Positions 13,601-25,828 of a stretch of 64,000 bases of DNA are shown piece after piece. The DNA is taken from contig OZ024740.1 in the NCBI GenBank assembly GCA_964016885.1, positions 186,558,001 through 186,622,000 of the forward strand, written 5' to 3'. The notes under the pieces are model-generated. The model had not been told where the DNA came from, did not search any database, and saw only the letters and a program-made list of their open reading frames with translations. The position numbers were made by a program, and so were the translations under genes. The DNA is from Eledone cirrhosa. Its lineage: Eukaryota. Each line of letters begins with the position of its first letter. Position 1 is the first letter of the stretch.

Positions 13601-13852
13601 AGAGGAGACTGATGTGGTATGGACATGTGATGCGCATGGAGGATGACCGATGGGTGAAGAAGTGCCAGGAAATGCCAGTTGAAGGAAGACGTGGTAGAGG
13701 TAGACCACGAATAACATGGGCGGAGGTGGTGAGAACAGACCTCAGATCATTGAAGCTCACGGCGGAGATGACGAGGGACCGTGACGAGTGGAGAGATGCT
13801 GTGCTGAATAAGACCCGTCCCACCCTTGCAAGCAGGGAAAAGCGGACGTAAA

Positions 13853-13883
<31 letters not shown>
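10698..13883 (+). mobile_element. Near-full-length RTE-clade LINE, disabled
   Basis: APE domain (ATLNVGTL, CVQEVRW, SVYAPQ, GDFNGHVG, QIDF) and RT (NYRGIKL, QFGF, FVDLEKAFDRV, LLYADD, FRYLG), ending in a (GAT)n tail. Broken by frameshifts near 11370 and 12540 and by stops at 11771 and 12784. Confidence 0.97.
10785..13851 (+). pseudogene. RTE APE-endonuclease/reverse-transcriptase ORF (five pieces)
   Basis: ORF pieces 10785-11387, 11351-11773, 11843-12547, 12547-12786 and 12808-13851 join into one APE-RT polypeptide. Confidence 0.95.
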
Positions 13884-13884
<1 letters not shown>

Positions 13885-13889
13885 ATATT

Positions 13890-14235
13890 TCATTTCATTT
13901 TTCATTTCATTTTACATCCGCTTTTTCCCTGCTTGCAAGTGTGGGACGGGAACAGATTCTGGCTTGATTTCTACAGCTGGATGCCCTTCCTAACACCAAC
14001 CTCATTTACAGTAAGTGCTGGGTGCTTTTTTTGCCGTGGCACCACCACGACCACTTTGCAGTAGAATGATATGGATCCCTGTCCCTATCATCTCATTTCT
14101 ACAGCTGAATAAACTGGAGCAATGTGAAATAAAGTGTCTTGCTCAAGGAAACAACACATCACCCGGTCTAAGAATTGAACTCACAACCTTTCGATTGCAA
14201 GGCCAATGCTCTAACCACTAAGCTATGTACCTCCC
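13890..14235 (-). mobile_element. tRNA-headed SINE with RTE-derived tail
   Basis: Reverse complement of 61561-61893 (A box TAGCTTAGTGG, B box GAGTTCAATTC). It lies tail-to-tail with the RTE, and its terminal repeat is (ATGAA)n. Confidence 0.9.
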
Positions 14236-14334
14236 CTATATGTATATATATATATAAATATATATGTATATATATATATATAAATATATATATATACATA
14301 TATACACAAATATATTTATAGATATATATATATG

Positions 14335-14501
<167 letters not shown>

Positions 14502-14596
14502 GTATACATATATATATATATAAGTAAAAGAGAAAAAAACAAAAACAATAACAAAGAGTGCAGTGCGAACAGTGTTAGTATACATATATATATGCA

Positions 14597-14654
<58 letters not shown>

Positions 14655-14662
<8 letters not shown>

Positions 14663-15814
14663 AGCTGATGGCCGTATGTATGTAACAAACTTTTCGCCAA
14701 ATGGCTGGACCAAAAAGCACCAGATTTGCACCATAGATCTAACTTTTTCCAAGTAAGAAAGTAAAGGTATTTTTGTCTTCTAAATTTCGTTAAAAGATTA
14801 AAGATATTTTATCGTTTATTTATATATTCACTTCTTTAAAATTTTCAAATGTCAACACTTCCGCTTATACAACATTCCACTCTCTTTTTTAGTCTGTCTT
14901 TTTAAATAGATACATAGCTATAACGCCACACCCTTATAATATGTCTCTTTATGTCTGGCTGTCTGCATTAGATACATAGCTGTAACGTTGCACGCTTATA
15001 ATGTCTGTCTGCCTAGCTGCCTGTCTGCATTGACTTCGCTTCTAACCAACTTTTAATTAATTCAGTGCAAAGATACCACACACCCTCTCAATAATTAATT
15101 ATATATATATATAATAAGTAATAATAATAAATGTGAAGACTAAAATCCAAAGAGGGCTTGATAAGGATAAATATATATCAAATATATAAGAACCCTAGAG
15201 CAAATATTGTTCTCATTGCTGACGTATTATCTTCCCTTTTTTCTGTTCATTGCCAGTGAACGTCTTCACGAATCAAAGTATCGTCTTCCTATTTCCTTCG
15301 GTTGCAATGTTTTTTGAAATATTTACTTCTGCGTTCACAGATTGATTTTTTTAGTTTCAGAAGATCCCGTTAAGGGTGAAAGCAGCGATTCTTTGCTTAA
15401 ACTTTAATCTGTTATTTTAATATATATATATAATTATATATTTGTGTACAGATATTTTTGCATACACAAAAACAAATTATAAACAAACGTATTATTTCAC
15501 GAAAGCACAGACGGCTTATCATCATTGTTACTGCTGATATGCTACCCAAAAAGTCCCAGCCTGGCCGCAAGATCAGATTTTCCAGAAGAAAAAATGTTAC
15601 TAGAACAACAGAGAGGCTAAGCTTCGCGATTACCATCAACAAAGCTCAGAGTCAAACCCTAAACGTGGCTGGCCTTCATCTGGGAAAACCATGCTTCTCC
15701 CATGGTCAATTATATATAGGATGCTCTAGGGTGAACTCGCCAAACAATCTCTTCATCTTTGCTCCCGAGGGCCGAACAAAAATTATTGTATACTCTGAGG
15801 CTCTAACAATGTAA
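14655..15814 (+). mobile_element. Internally deleted Helitron remnant
   Basis: About 15613-15811 encodes RLSFAITINKAQSQTL..AGLHL..PCFSHGQLYIGCSRV, the Pif1-like helicase motifs V-VI of Helitrons. 14655-14740 resembles a Helitron 5' end (TATAAAGCTG..GTATGTATG..ATGGCTGGACC). No clear 3' hairpin/CTAG end was found. Confidence 0.75.
15121..15422 (+). mobile_element. Penelope-like terminal repeat fragment with inverted tail
   Basis: Shares both ends with 10495-10665 and contains a degenerate hammerhead-like core CAGAAGA-tCCC-gttaa-GGG-t-GAAA (15358-15381). Flanked by TA/TAA repeats. Confidence 0.6.
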
Positions 15815-16309
15815 TTTATGTATTTTCTGTTACTTGGAATGTCTACTATGGTTGTACAAATTATTGTAAAGTTTGTTAAAAAATTTGTTCTCTGTTGTAA
15901 CTACCAATTTTCTTTAACGTACTGGTGCTGAAATGGGGAATCATAAAAACTATTCAAACCCAACATCAGAGCACGTTAACCCCGCCCCCTCTCTGACTTG
16001 ATGGCGTGCGGTATCTTTGCACTGGAGTGGAGGGGGGAATCCTGAAAAGATAAAATGCTGGTATACCTAGCCGGTCGCCAGCCGGACGGGCCACCACCAT
16101 ATAATAAATGTAATCTGATTTTTTCGAATATTAATAATAATATTCATTTCACTTGCAATTATGCAAACAGTCTCTTTTTTAAAGCCATATCAGTAGAATG
16201 AACCCCTCATTCTTGCTCTTGTGTTTCGAAAAACTCAGATTACATTTATTACCAGCATTAATTTTTTTTTTTTTTTTTTGAAAATGGAAAAGCCTGCCAT
16301 TAATCGGTG

Positions 16310-16425
16310 ATATGCAGGAAACTGACTAGCCTCTCTGCTGATATGCAAATCTGGCTGATCAGTGGATCTGCTAATATACATATCTGACTGATCAGCCAGT
16401 CAGCTAATATGCAAATCAGACCAAT
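16310..16425. repeat. Degenerate tandem repeat of about 30 bp
   Basis: Three to four units of CTGACTGATCAG....GCTAATATGCAAAT. Confidence 0.65.
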
Positions 16426-16722
16426 CCGTCACTGTATATTTTAGAAAATGTCATATATTTTCACTAGCTGTGACAGTTGGCCTCACACAGAACTGTTTCT
16501 GGCCTCGTTTCTACAGCTGAATGCCTTTCCTAATGCCAACCATATTTACAGTGTGTGCTGGGTCCTTGTTGTTATGACGCCTACACAACCACTTTACAGT
16601 GTGGGCTGGGTGCTTTTGATATTTAGTACTCATTTTAACAACTGTCATTACCAAGCATATGTCATCATTCATCATTTCATTTTAGGTCCACTTTTCCCTG
16701 CTTGCAAGGGTGGGACGGGAAC

Positions 16723-16797
<75 letters not shown>

Positions 16798-18828
16798 TTC
16801 TCTTTCTATCTCTATTATTAATATTATTAATGATGCTGTAATTTGAATTCTGAACATATAAAAGTTATCTCCGATGATCTGGTTAAGCTAACAATGTATT
16901 TAAAATTGAGTGGCACTGCTTCAAGTATTCAGCAATTTTTAGACAACTTTTATATATATAGATATATGGACGTATATATATATAGACATATGAATATATT
17001 GCAAAAATGTAGGTAGGTAAGAAAGCTAATTTATTAATATGATGATTTATACATGTAACATGTATTGCACTACCTTAGGTTTCAAAGCTTCGGTATGACA
17101 GCAACTGAAGACTGTATATTACAGTGCAGAATGCATGAAACAACAGTGCAAGACTTAACCTTATGTTGTCAGGCACAGAGTAATGTCTGATTGAGATCTC
17201 GTTATAAGTGCACATGTGGGAAATTTGTTGATTCATTTTTTCAGGGAGGCAACTTAAATGTGAACTGTTTTGATGTTGTGTGTATATTTCTGTATCTGTG
17301 TGTTTAGTTTGTGGGTAAATATGGGAGCCAATTGATAGTGTTGTGTGGGTTGTGGAAGACAGCTGCTGGTATATTAGATAAGCATATACAAAAGCATTGA
17401 TATGTTAGAATTATGGTCGATGTACATTTCTAACTGGTTATTTGGTTGGTGAGCCCTTACATGATAAGAACAGCTGTCTCTTGAGATGTAACCAGCTCTT
17501 AAATAGTTCTTCACTGAATAATTATGTATCTTCCTCAATTACTTTTTAATGTCTTGAGAGATTTTCTGCATTTGCATTTCACATTTGACAGCTCACATAT
17601 TAAAAGTTTTATAGCAGATTAGTTGTCTCTCATAACATGACCTGCAAGTTCAGGATGCCTGACACAGATGCTCAGGCTAATGGACAAGAGTTTGCCATAA
17701 AAAATGTTGTTTGCAACACAGGCTAGAGATTTGATGATTTTTATCCTTCTTAGCATCCGTGTGTAACAACAATCTAATGCTTTGGTGATAGGTATTATCA
17801 CCGACCAAGATTCTCTGGAATACAGTAAGATTTATATATAAATATATATATATATATATACATGTAGGAGTTGAGTTTTATTGTAGCACAATAAAGCAAT
17901 GCAAATATCGGAAAAGTAGCACTCAACAGTTTATAGGATGATGATGATTATGATGATGATGATGGGCAGGAGTATTACCCATTCTTCCTTAACTATGCAG
18001 TAAAAAACAAAACACGATTCAATTGCGACAATAGTATATCGAAATCTTTCTGATATCTCTGATGCTATGAGTGGTCAGTCTCCAACAACCTAGGTACAGA
18101 ACACTGTAGTGGAGTCGGAGAGAATGATAGAAAAAGGTAGAAAGAGAAAGAGAGAGAGAAGAAAGAAGAATCAACTCTAGTATTGGATTGGTACTGCCGA
18201 TTAACAACTTCAGTTAGAAGTATACTTTCTAATTACATAGTGTTTTTAGCTGGTTAGTTGTGCCTATACTATAATATATACTTATGACTATGTAGCCTGA
18301 GTCAGTGCGAATCAAATATATGTGAATCAAATATATGCAGCAATATTAGTGTGCATGTGTGCGAGTGTAAATGGCCAGAAAGGATACTGCATTGCATTTG
18401 TCCAATACATTAACAATTTTGCTCATCCACCACCCACCAGTAAACCTTAATAGCAGTGCAGAGAGCTGGAACAAATATCACAATACATTCTATGTGACAC
18501 ATTAAGGACTTTTCCAATCCAGTAATATAAAAGATTTTGTACTTAATATAAAAAACATTTTTCATTTCTGACACCTTTTATTTCTCCTTTTATCCCTCTA
18601 TTTGCATCTGTCTCCTTCCAGCACCCCCCCCCCCCCCGACCATCTTCATTTACCATATAAAGATTAATGTTTACTGTATTTGGATAAGTATTAATTTAAT
18701 TCTAAAGGTAGCTAATGTCTGTATTTGGAAGAGAAATAAGTGTTTTCTTTCAAACAAATATTGTAAAACATTATATAAACTATAAAAATAAAACCATTTG
18801 TAGATTTTCATTATTATTACAAGACTAT

Positions 18829-19021
18829 GGTCGGTGGATTGGCAGTATCGGTAGAGGGTCGGACGCCATACTTTGCAGCAGCAAAGAGTTATTTCTCTTT
18901 ATGGACTGAGTTCAAATCCCGCCGAGGTTAACTTTGCCTTTCATCCTTACGGGGTTGATAAAATAAAGTACCAGTAATACACTGGGATAATTGCTGGCCT
19001 TGTGCCAAAAAGTAGAAACAA
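18829..19021 (+). mobile_element. tRNA-related SINE, Nin-like body, (ATT)n tail
   Basis: GGATTGGCAGTATCGGTAGAG..GAGTTCAAATCCC..GCCTTTCATCCTTACGGGGTYGATAAAATAAAGTACCAGT..GGCCTTGTGCCAAAAGTAGAAAC. More than 10 copies in the window (e.g. 21325-21500, 30490-30650, 33163-33345, and 55357-55545 on the minus strand). Confidence 0.85.
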
Positions 19022-19050
19022 TTATTATTATTATTTTTATTATTATTATT

Positions 19051-20594
19051 GTTCTTTGAGTCGAAGTCATTGATATTATTTAACTGGAAAGTTTGTTGAA
19101 ATGAATATCAAGCCCCTACCTGCAGCCTCAGATATTCAGGACGTATCGGAGGGTACTTGCTGTTCCCAGCAAGCATGCCTTTTGAAGTGTTCCAAAAAAC
19201 GAGGCTGGACTAATCTTCTTTAACCATCCTTGGAAACTCTTTGAGATAGTACCTAGTGCACCTATGACAATCGGGACGACCTTGATTTCATGGCAGTTCC
19301 AAATCTTTTTTAACTCCCACTTTAAATCCTGGTATCGGTTAATTTTCTCCCTCTCCTTTTCTTGCACTCTCGTGTCAAATGGGCAGGGTACATCTACAAT
19401 CAGGCACAATCTTTTTTCCTTGCCCAAAACCACCAGGTCAGGCTTATTGTGTTCCAGTTTCTTGTCCGTCTGTATCCTAAAATCCCATAGCACCTTCATC
19501 TTATCGTTTTCTATCACCGACTCTGGCTTATGCTCATATCACTTCTCAGAATATGGTAAATTGTTTACTTTGCATAGATGCCAGTGGATCACCCTGCCTA
19601 TCACATCATATCTCCAGCCTTTATAGTGAGTCTGGGCTAGGTGTTTACACTCGGATACAATGTGAGCCACAGACTCCTCTCTCTCCCTACAGATCGTACA
19701 TAGTAGGCTAGCCTCCTCCTTGTCAATATAGTGTTTCACCCACTTCGTTCTGATGGCTTGCTCTTGTGCAGCCATTAGCATTCCTTCTGTAGCTTTTTTA
19801 AGGTCTCCTCTTTTTAACCAGTTCCATGTCTGTGGATCTCTAAATTCCGTTTTCTTAAAGAAGGTGCTATGAAGGGATTTTTCATGAAGGTTGCTCTTCC
19901 TCCTTGTTGTTATTTCCTCCTTGGACATCCCCTGGTCTATTGTATTCTCCTTCAGTACAATTTTGAGCATTGGCTCCCTACTGTCAGCCACATATTTGTG
20001 CAGGTTGGTTTTCTCCATCTGAACACAGTCCTCTATGCTGATAACACCTTTTCCACCATCAGATCTCTTTAAGTAGAGTCTATCGAGATCAGTCCTCTTG
20101 TGGAACATGTTGTAAATAGTCATTAGTTTCCTAGTCTTCCTATCCATTTCCTTTTGTTCAGCAACATTCGATTTCAGAATTCCCACACTGTACCTAATAA
20201 TAGACACAGCTCAGGAATTTACTGCACTACTGCACTATTTAGATGTGATTTTAGTATGTTCCTTACTCTCCTTATATATTCAGATCTTATCAATTCCTTC
20301 CTTTTATTTTTTGTTCTTGATGTCATCTGCCTCCAGAACACCTAAATATTTGTATCCCTCTTCAGTGTCAATTTCCTTTATCATCTCACCTGTTGGTACC
20401 TGGATTCCATTGCTTCTGCTCAATATACCCCTCTTCATCACTAGGACTCCACACTTATTAACACTAAATTTCCTTCATATATCATTGCTGAAAATATGGA
20501 CAGTGTCAACAAGTACATCCAACTCCTTCTCACTCTTCCTAAAGCGTTTAAGATCGTCCATGAAGAGGAGGTGGTTGATGGTAAGCTCTTCTCT
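19051..20594 (-). mobile_element. Dong/R4-clade non-LTR retrotransposon, 5'-truncated
   Basis: The minus strand gives INHLLFMDDLK (RT), YKYLG, a CTIC..ESVAHIVSEC zinc knuckle and a KPDLVV..IVDV..P..EK..RY restriction-like endonuclease. The 3' end abuts (TAA)n, the known Dong target. Confidence 0.93.
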
Positions 20595-20596
20595 TC

Positions 20597-21292
20597 CCAA
20601 CAGCCTTGCCAGTTCGGGATAAACTCTACAGGCATGGAAGTGCCATCAGCCATGCCTGTCCGAGATGCACACTGGGCGATGAAACCGTCCTGCACGCACT
20701 CATCCAGTGTCCGAACATTGCTGATCTGTGGGTTCATGCCGAACACCTGCTGTCATGTGTAGAACAGATCAAGCTATCAGCTGAGTCCATCGTGAAGATT
20801 ACCCCACTGCCTTCCTTTAGTCGAGAAGGGCAGGCAGTTTTTATCTGCCTGGTGGCCAGTGTAAAAGACATTGAATGGTTGACACATCTGAAAGGGTTGA
20901 GGACCGGTACTTTCCTCTTTGGTGACGCCCTCATTAACTTTTTCAGGTCTCACCTGAGGAGGAGAATCAAGGTGGAGAGGCAAGTGCTGACCTCCAGCCA
21001 GTTTGTTGAAAGGTGGGTGAGAGAGGCAAGAATGGCCCATGTGAATGGGTCTACCCTGAGCGTGTTCCTGTAGCATTGTAGGAGGAAAACTGGAAGAGGG
21101 CATTTCTTTTCTTTTGGGCTTTCTCCACGAGCAACACTCAGAGGTCTCACCCCTATTGGTAATTTTTCCTTGTTTCCTTTTGTCACACTCTGTTTTTGTT
21201 TTCTTTTTTTACAGACAGAAATGCCCATTTTATTGTCCTGTGTTGTCCTTAATGTTATACTTTGTGTCAACCCTTGTGGTTAATAAAGAAAG

Positions 21293-21293
<1 letters not shown>
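20597..21293 (+). mobile_element. Tx1/L1-clade ORF2 C-terminal fragment with 3' UTR
   Basis: ALPVRDKL..CPRC...DETVLHALIQC...LW CCHC region; T-rich 3' UTR, AATAAA, then (ATT)n. Confidence 0.8.
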
Positions 21294-21325
<32 letters not shown>

Positions 21326-21511
21326 GGGCAATGGATTGGCAGTATCAGTAAAACGTTGGACACCATACTTTGCTGTATCGAGTTATGGGGTTGATAGAAT
21401 AAAGCACCTGTAATGCACTGGGGTCGGTTTAATCGATTTTCCCCTCCCCCAAAATTGTTGGCCTTGTGCCTACATTAGAAATAATAACAATAATTATTAT
21501 TATTCAGAATT

Positions 21512-22650
21512 CATCATCATCATCATCATCATCACCGTTTTACGTCCGTTCTTCCACGCTAGCATGGGTTAGACGGGTTGTCCTGTTGTGGGCAGTGTCT
21601 GGTCGGCTGACCATGCCTTGCTCATACAGGAACTGATCTGGCTTGATTTCTACAGCTGGATGCCCTTCCTAACACCAACCTCATTTACAGTGAGTGCTGG
21701 GTGCTTTTTCATGGCGCCTACACGTCCACTTTACAGTGTGGGCTGGGTGCTTTTTTGCCGTGGCACCTCCACGACCACCTTGCGGTGGGGGGAGTGGGGG
21801 CATATTGTTTATATGCTTCAGCATGTACCCATGGGAGGTCGGGTACCCTGTATTACTGCGTGACGCCAGAAGTCACGGTCGTGTGTCATTGTCTTTGAGA
21901 GGTGTAGTTGGGTAAGGTCGGCTTTTATCACCTCATCCCAAGTCATCTTGGGTCTCCCCACTCCGTGGTTTCCATCAACTTCTAGTGCTCTGCACCTTTT
22001 TATGCAGCCGTCATCCTTCATACGCATCACATGTCCATACCAGCGTAACCGCCTCTCCTGCACGCAGCATTTGATTCCTCTTATGCTCAGTCTCTCTCTC
22101 AATTCCTTTATGCTTTGTCGTTCACGTATATTACTGTTACACATCCATCGGAGCATGCAGGCTTCGTTTCTCTCTAATCTACGTAAGTCTTCCACCTTTA
22201 GCGCCCAGGTCTCACTACCATGCAACATCGTTGTTCGGATACACGCATCATACAGTCTGCCTTTCATTCTGAGGGAGAAGCCTTTTGCAGCTAGCAGTGG
22301 TAGTAGTTCCCTAAACTTCTTCCATCCCGTTCTTACCCTAGTTATTGTACTTTCTGAGCACCCACCTCCGTTGCTAATTCGGTCACCTAGGTAGCAGAAG
22401 CTGTCTACTGTTTCTACAGGGCCCTCCCAGAGATTGGTGGTACTTGTTTCCTGTGGCTGTTTGCTTGCTGTTTCAGCACAGCTGCTGCATGTGAATCCTA
22501 CATTCTTAATTAAGCTTCCTGAGATCCCGCTACATCTCTTGTGTACCCATTGTTTGCATTTGGGGTAGAGAATGGAGTTCCTACCTACACCTTTCCTACA
22601 TACTGAGCAAGGCCATTTCCCTGAGGGGATCTGGGTTCTGTTTTCTTATG
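21512..22650 (-). mobile_element. 5'-truncated RTE LINE with extended 3' UTR
   Basis: ORF 21818-22267 ([23 protein letters not shown]) and an upstream PHD/FCYLG segment, followed by about 300 bp of UTR ending in (GAT)n. Confidence 0.92.
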
Positions 22651-23507
22651 TATAGATTTCAGAAAAGTTTGAAAAATACAAACCTGCCCTGTACACACAA
22701 ACACACAATGCACATACACTCACACTCATGCAGACATACAAACACAATATGTCAGTCGTTATTTGAACTGAAAGGAAGAAACATTTGATATTCAATCATT
22801 AACATCTATATTTATAGAACACAAACTATCTTGGGATGAAAAGATTATGGTTGTATTAGAAAATCTCCCAGTGTTTGGTAAACAAAAGCTAGCAAGAGAG
22901 TTTGGCAACAGATGGATTCAATTAGCTGATATTCTCAGCAAAATCTTAGAAATGAGACCTACTCAAGCCAGACATATTTAATCAGCCTCTTTTTCCACCT
23001 TTTTTTTTATTGCTTTATTTCTTTTAATCCAATCAGAGCACCCTATACATTAAATGAAATTGTTGTGAATGAAAAACCAGGAGTGTGTAGCCTGGAGACT
23101 TCAGCATAATTATTAAAATATGAAAATTTCTGATCAAATATTGCTTCAGCATTGATTTTTGCATTGATACTTTTAAACTCTATTGATTATTGTGTAATTT
23201 CCGTGTGTATCATCCTTTTAATTATTAGTATTTTCCATCAATGTTTCCTCTGAAGAACTTTTACCAATGCATAATAGTATTTCTCATTCCCCTTTACAGA
23301 AAAGGGTAATCCTATCAATATACCAATAAGTTAGAGGCCAAATTGCTTGACAATAAAGAAATGCTTCTTCTAAAGCCTTGTATTTTGAATACATTTTTGC
23401 TCTATATGAATACATATTGCTTGTGAACTCTTGTGAGGTAGTAGCTATCTTAGATTTTCTATGTAATCAAATGTGCACATTTATATGGATATATGCATGT
23501 ATTTATA

Positions 23508-23577
<70 letters not shown>

Positions 23578-24656
23578 TACATATATAGATATACATATGT
23601 GTGTGTCTCTGTGCGTGTGAGCATGTGTGTGCTCACATCTCTGTATGCATAGTTGTATATATATATATATATATATATATATAACACCAATATATCATTG
23701 AATTATATAGCATGAATTTGGTAATATATGCATTTTATTTGGTCTAATATAGACAGGGTCATACATGTTAAATCAAGATAAAAAGATTTCAGTGTAACCC
23801 TGTTTAATATTTATTATAGTTTATCCTTCTTTAACTCTTGATCAAACTTATGTAGTTTAGAAATAGAATATCTTGGTAATAGGAATATTCAAATTCTTAT
23901 TATTCTTCAGATGACAACATCACAAGATGTTTAGGTTTAGTCGCTTAAATTATCCCTAAGCCTTTTATAGTATAGTATTGAATGTCGTGACAACATTCTG
24001 ACAAGCTAGCATTGAAAACTTGTGGAGAAATATTTTATAATTAATGTCTTTTCAGAGATTTCTATTTGTAATTTTTTTTTTTTAGATAAAAACAAATCTA
24101 GCAATCTGGTTTGTGATTCAGAACTCATAAATAAATAAATATATATATATATATATAAACAAGGTGTAAAAGAAAGAAATTATTTTCCTTCCTTTCATGG
24201 ATTTTGAAGACTTCTGTTTATTTGAAATATTTTAGAGATTCAAAACGAGCGAATTTTATTAAAAATAAGAAACAGCCATTAATTGGCACCTAAACATATT
24301 CCTTAACCTGAAGGAGATTTCATACAGCTGCTCTTTCTCAAGCTGCTGATTTAGGAACCACTATAAACTCTTAGGTTGTCTTTAATTTAGTTAATTTATG
24401 TGAACACCTCCAGTTTATGTAATGTTAGGTAGATAGATGGACAAACACATTATTTGCAGCTAGGCTAATTGTCTTTCATATGTACTAAGATACAGAATAT
24501 ACATTAAATGCTGTGATATATTTTTCTAAAATGACAATCTTCACCACCTTCTAGGATATGATATTTTGTAATAACCCAAAACTAAGGAATTGAAGCACAA
24601 CCTGTTTTCCTCTCTCACAAAATCTCTATTGCTGTATATATATATATATATATACA

Positions 24657-24998
24657 GCAGATGGTGGATGGTTGCTAGATGAGAATGCTGAGGATGGCTC
24701 AGAACATTAATCAGTATACACTGAGGATGAAAAACTCAGAGCTGTATGGGAGCCTCCCAAAAGTCAGCTCAAAAGTGACACAGAGGAGACTGAGGTTAGC
24801 TGGACATGCTCACCGACATCCAGAGTTGACATTACACTCAGTGCTCCTGTGGGAGCCCCCTACACACTGGAAGAGGAAGACCAAGGTTAACATATGTTGA
24901 AACCCGAAGGACAGACACTGGACATGGCAGCGATAATGAGGGACAGAGACCGCTGGAGAGAACTCGGCCATGAATCTCGGGAATTCTACCCGCCCTAG
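24657..24998 (+). mobile_element. RTE-X-like LINE 3' fragment
   Basis: RMLRMAQNI..N.ELYG.LPKVS..RRLRLAGHAHRHPE..LLWEP; matches 54997-55247 and is flanked by TA repeats. Confidence 0.8.
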
Positions 24999-25000
24999 AG

Positions 25001-25049
<49 letters not shown>

Positions 25050-25057
25050 TGTGCATG

Positions 25058-25452
25058 CATCATCATCATCATTATCATCATCATCATCAACATAGTTTTA
25101 CGTCCGTTCTTCCATGCTAGCATGTATTAGATGGGTTGTCCTGTTGTGGGCAGTGTCAAGTCGGCTAACCTTGTCTTGCTCATACGGGAACTGATTCTAG
25201 CTTGATTTCTACAGCTGGATGCACTTCCTAACACCAACCTCATTTACAGTGAGTGCTGGGTGCTTTTTTTCTGTGGCGCCTATATGTCCACTTTACAGTG
25301 TGGGCTGGGTGCTTTTTTGCCGTGGCACCTCCACGACCACTTTGCAGTGGAATGATAGGGATCCCAATCCTATTATCTCATTTCTACAGCTGAATAAACT
25401 GGAGCAATCTGAAATAAAGTGTCTTGCTCAAGGAAACAACACATCACCCGGT
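25058..25452 (-). mobile_element. SINE (head truncated) with the tail of the 21512 RTE subfamily
   Basis: Body as in 61561-61893, but the 3' end matches 21512-21790. Confidence 0.85.
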
Positions 25453-25748
25453 ATGTATATATTTATGATAATGGATGTTTAATCTGAAAATATTTGTGAT
25501 AATTAAAATTGGTAAGGTAAATTTCTATCGTTCTCACCCTTTTATCTTTTGTTCAGTTTTCTCAAATTCTTATTACTTATATCTCACATGAATTGTCTGG
25601 CTTCTAAATAACCAAACTCATTTCCCGAGTTATATTTGTATTTCATAAATATATATATATCGTCTAACCCATGCTATCATGGAAGAATGGACATAAAATG
25701 GGGATGATATATATATATATACATATATATATCTACTTTCTCATTCTT

Positions 25749-25784
25749 TCTTCTGATGAAGGACTAGTGTCCGGAACGTTAAGG
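25749..25784 (+). ncRNA. Minimal hammerhead ribozyme motif, one core substitution (Penelope-type)
   Basis: TCTT-CTGATGA-A-GGAC-tagt-GTCC-GGAA-C-GT-T-AAGG; a homologue lies on the minus strand at 50291-50326. Confidence 0.65.
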
Positions 25785-25828
25785 CCCTCTTCCAGCTCTA
25801 TCAAGCGTTAACCTAATATATTACCTCC

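Noticed and set aside
12873-13823. Long antisense ORFs over RTE copies
   Set aside because: Shadow frames of the RT coding strand with no recognisable motifs.
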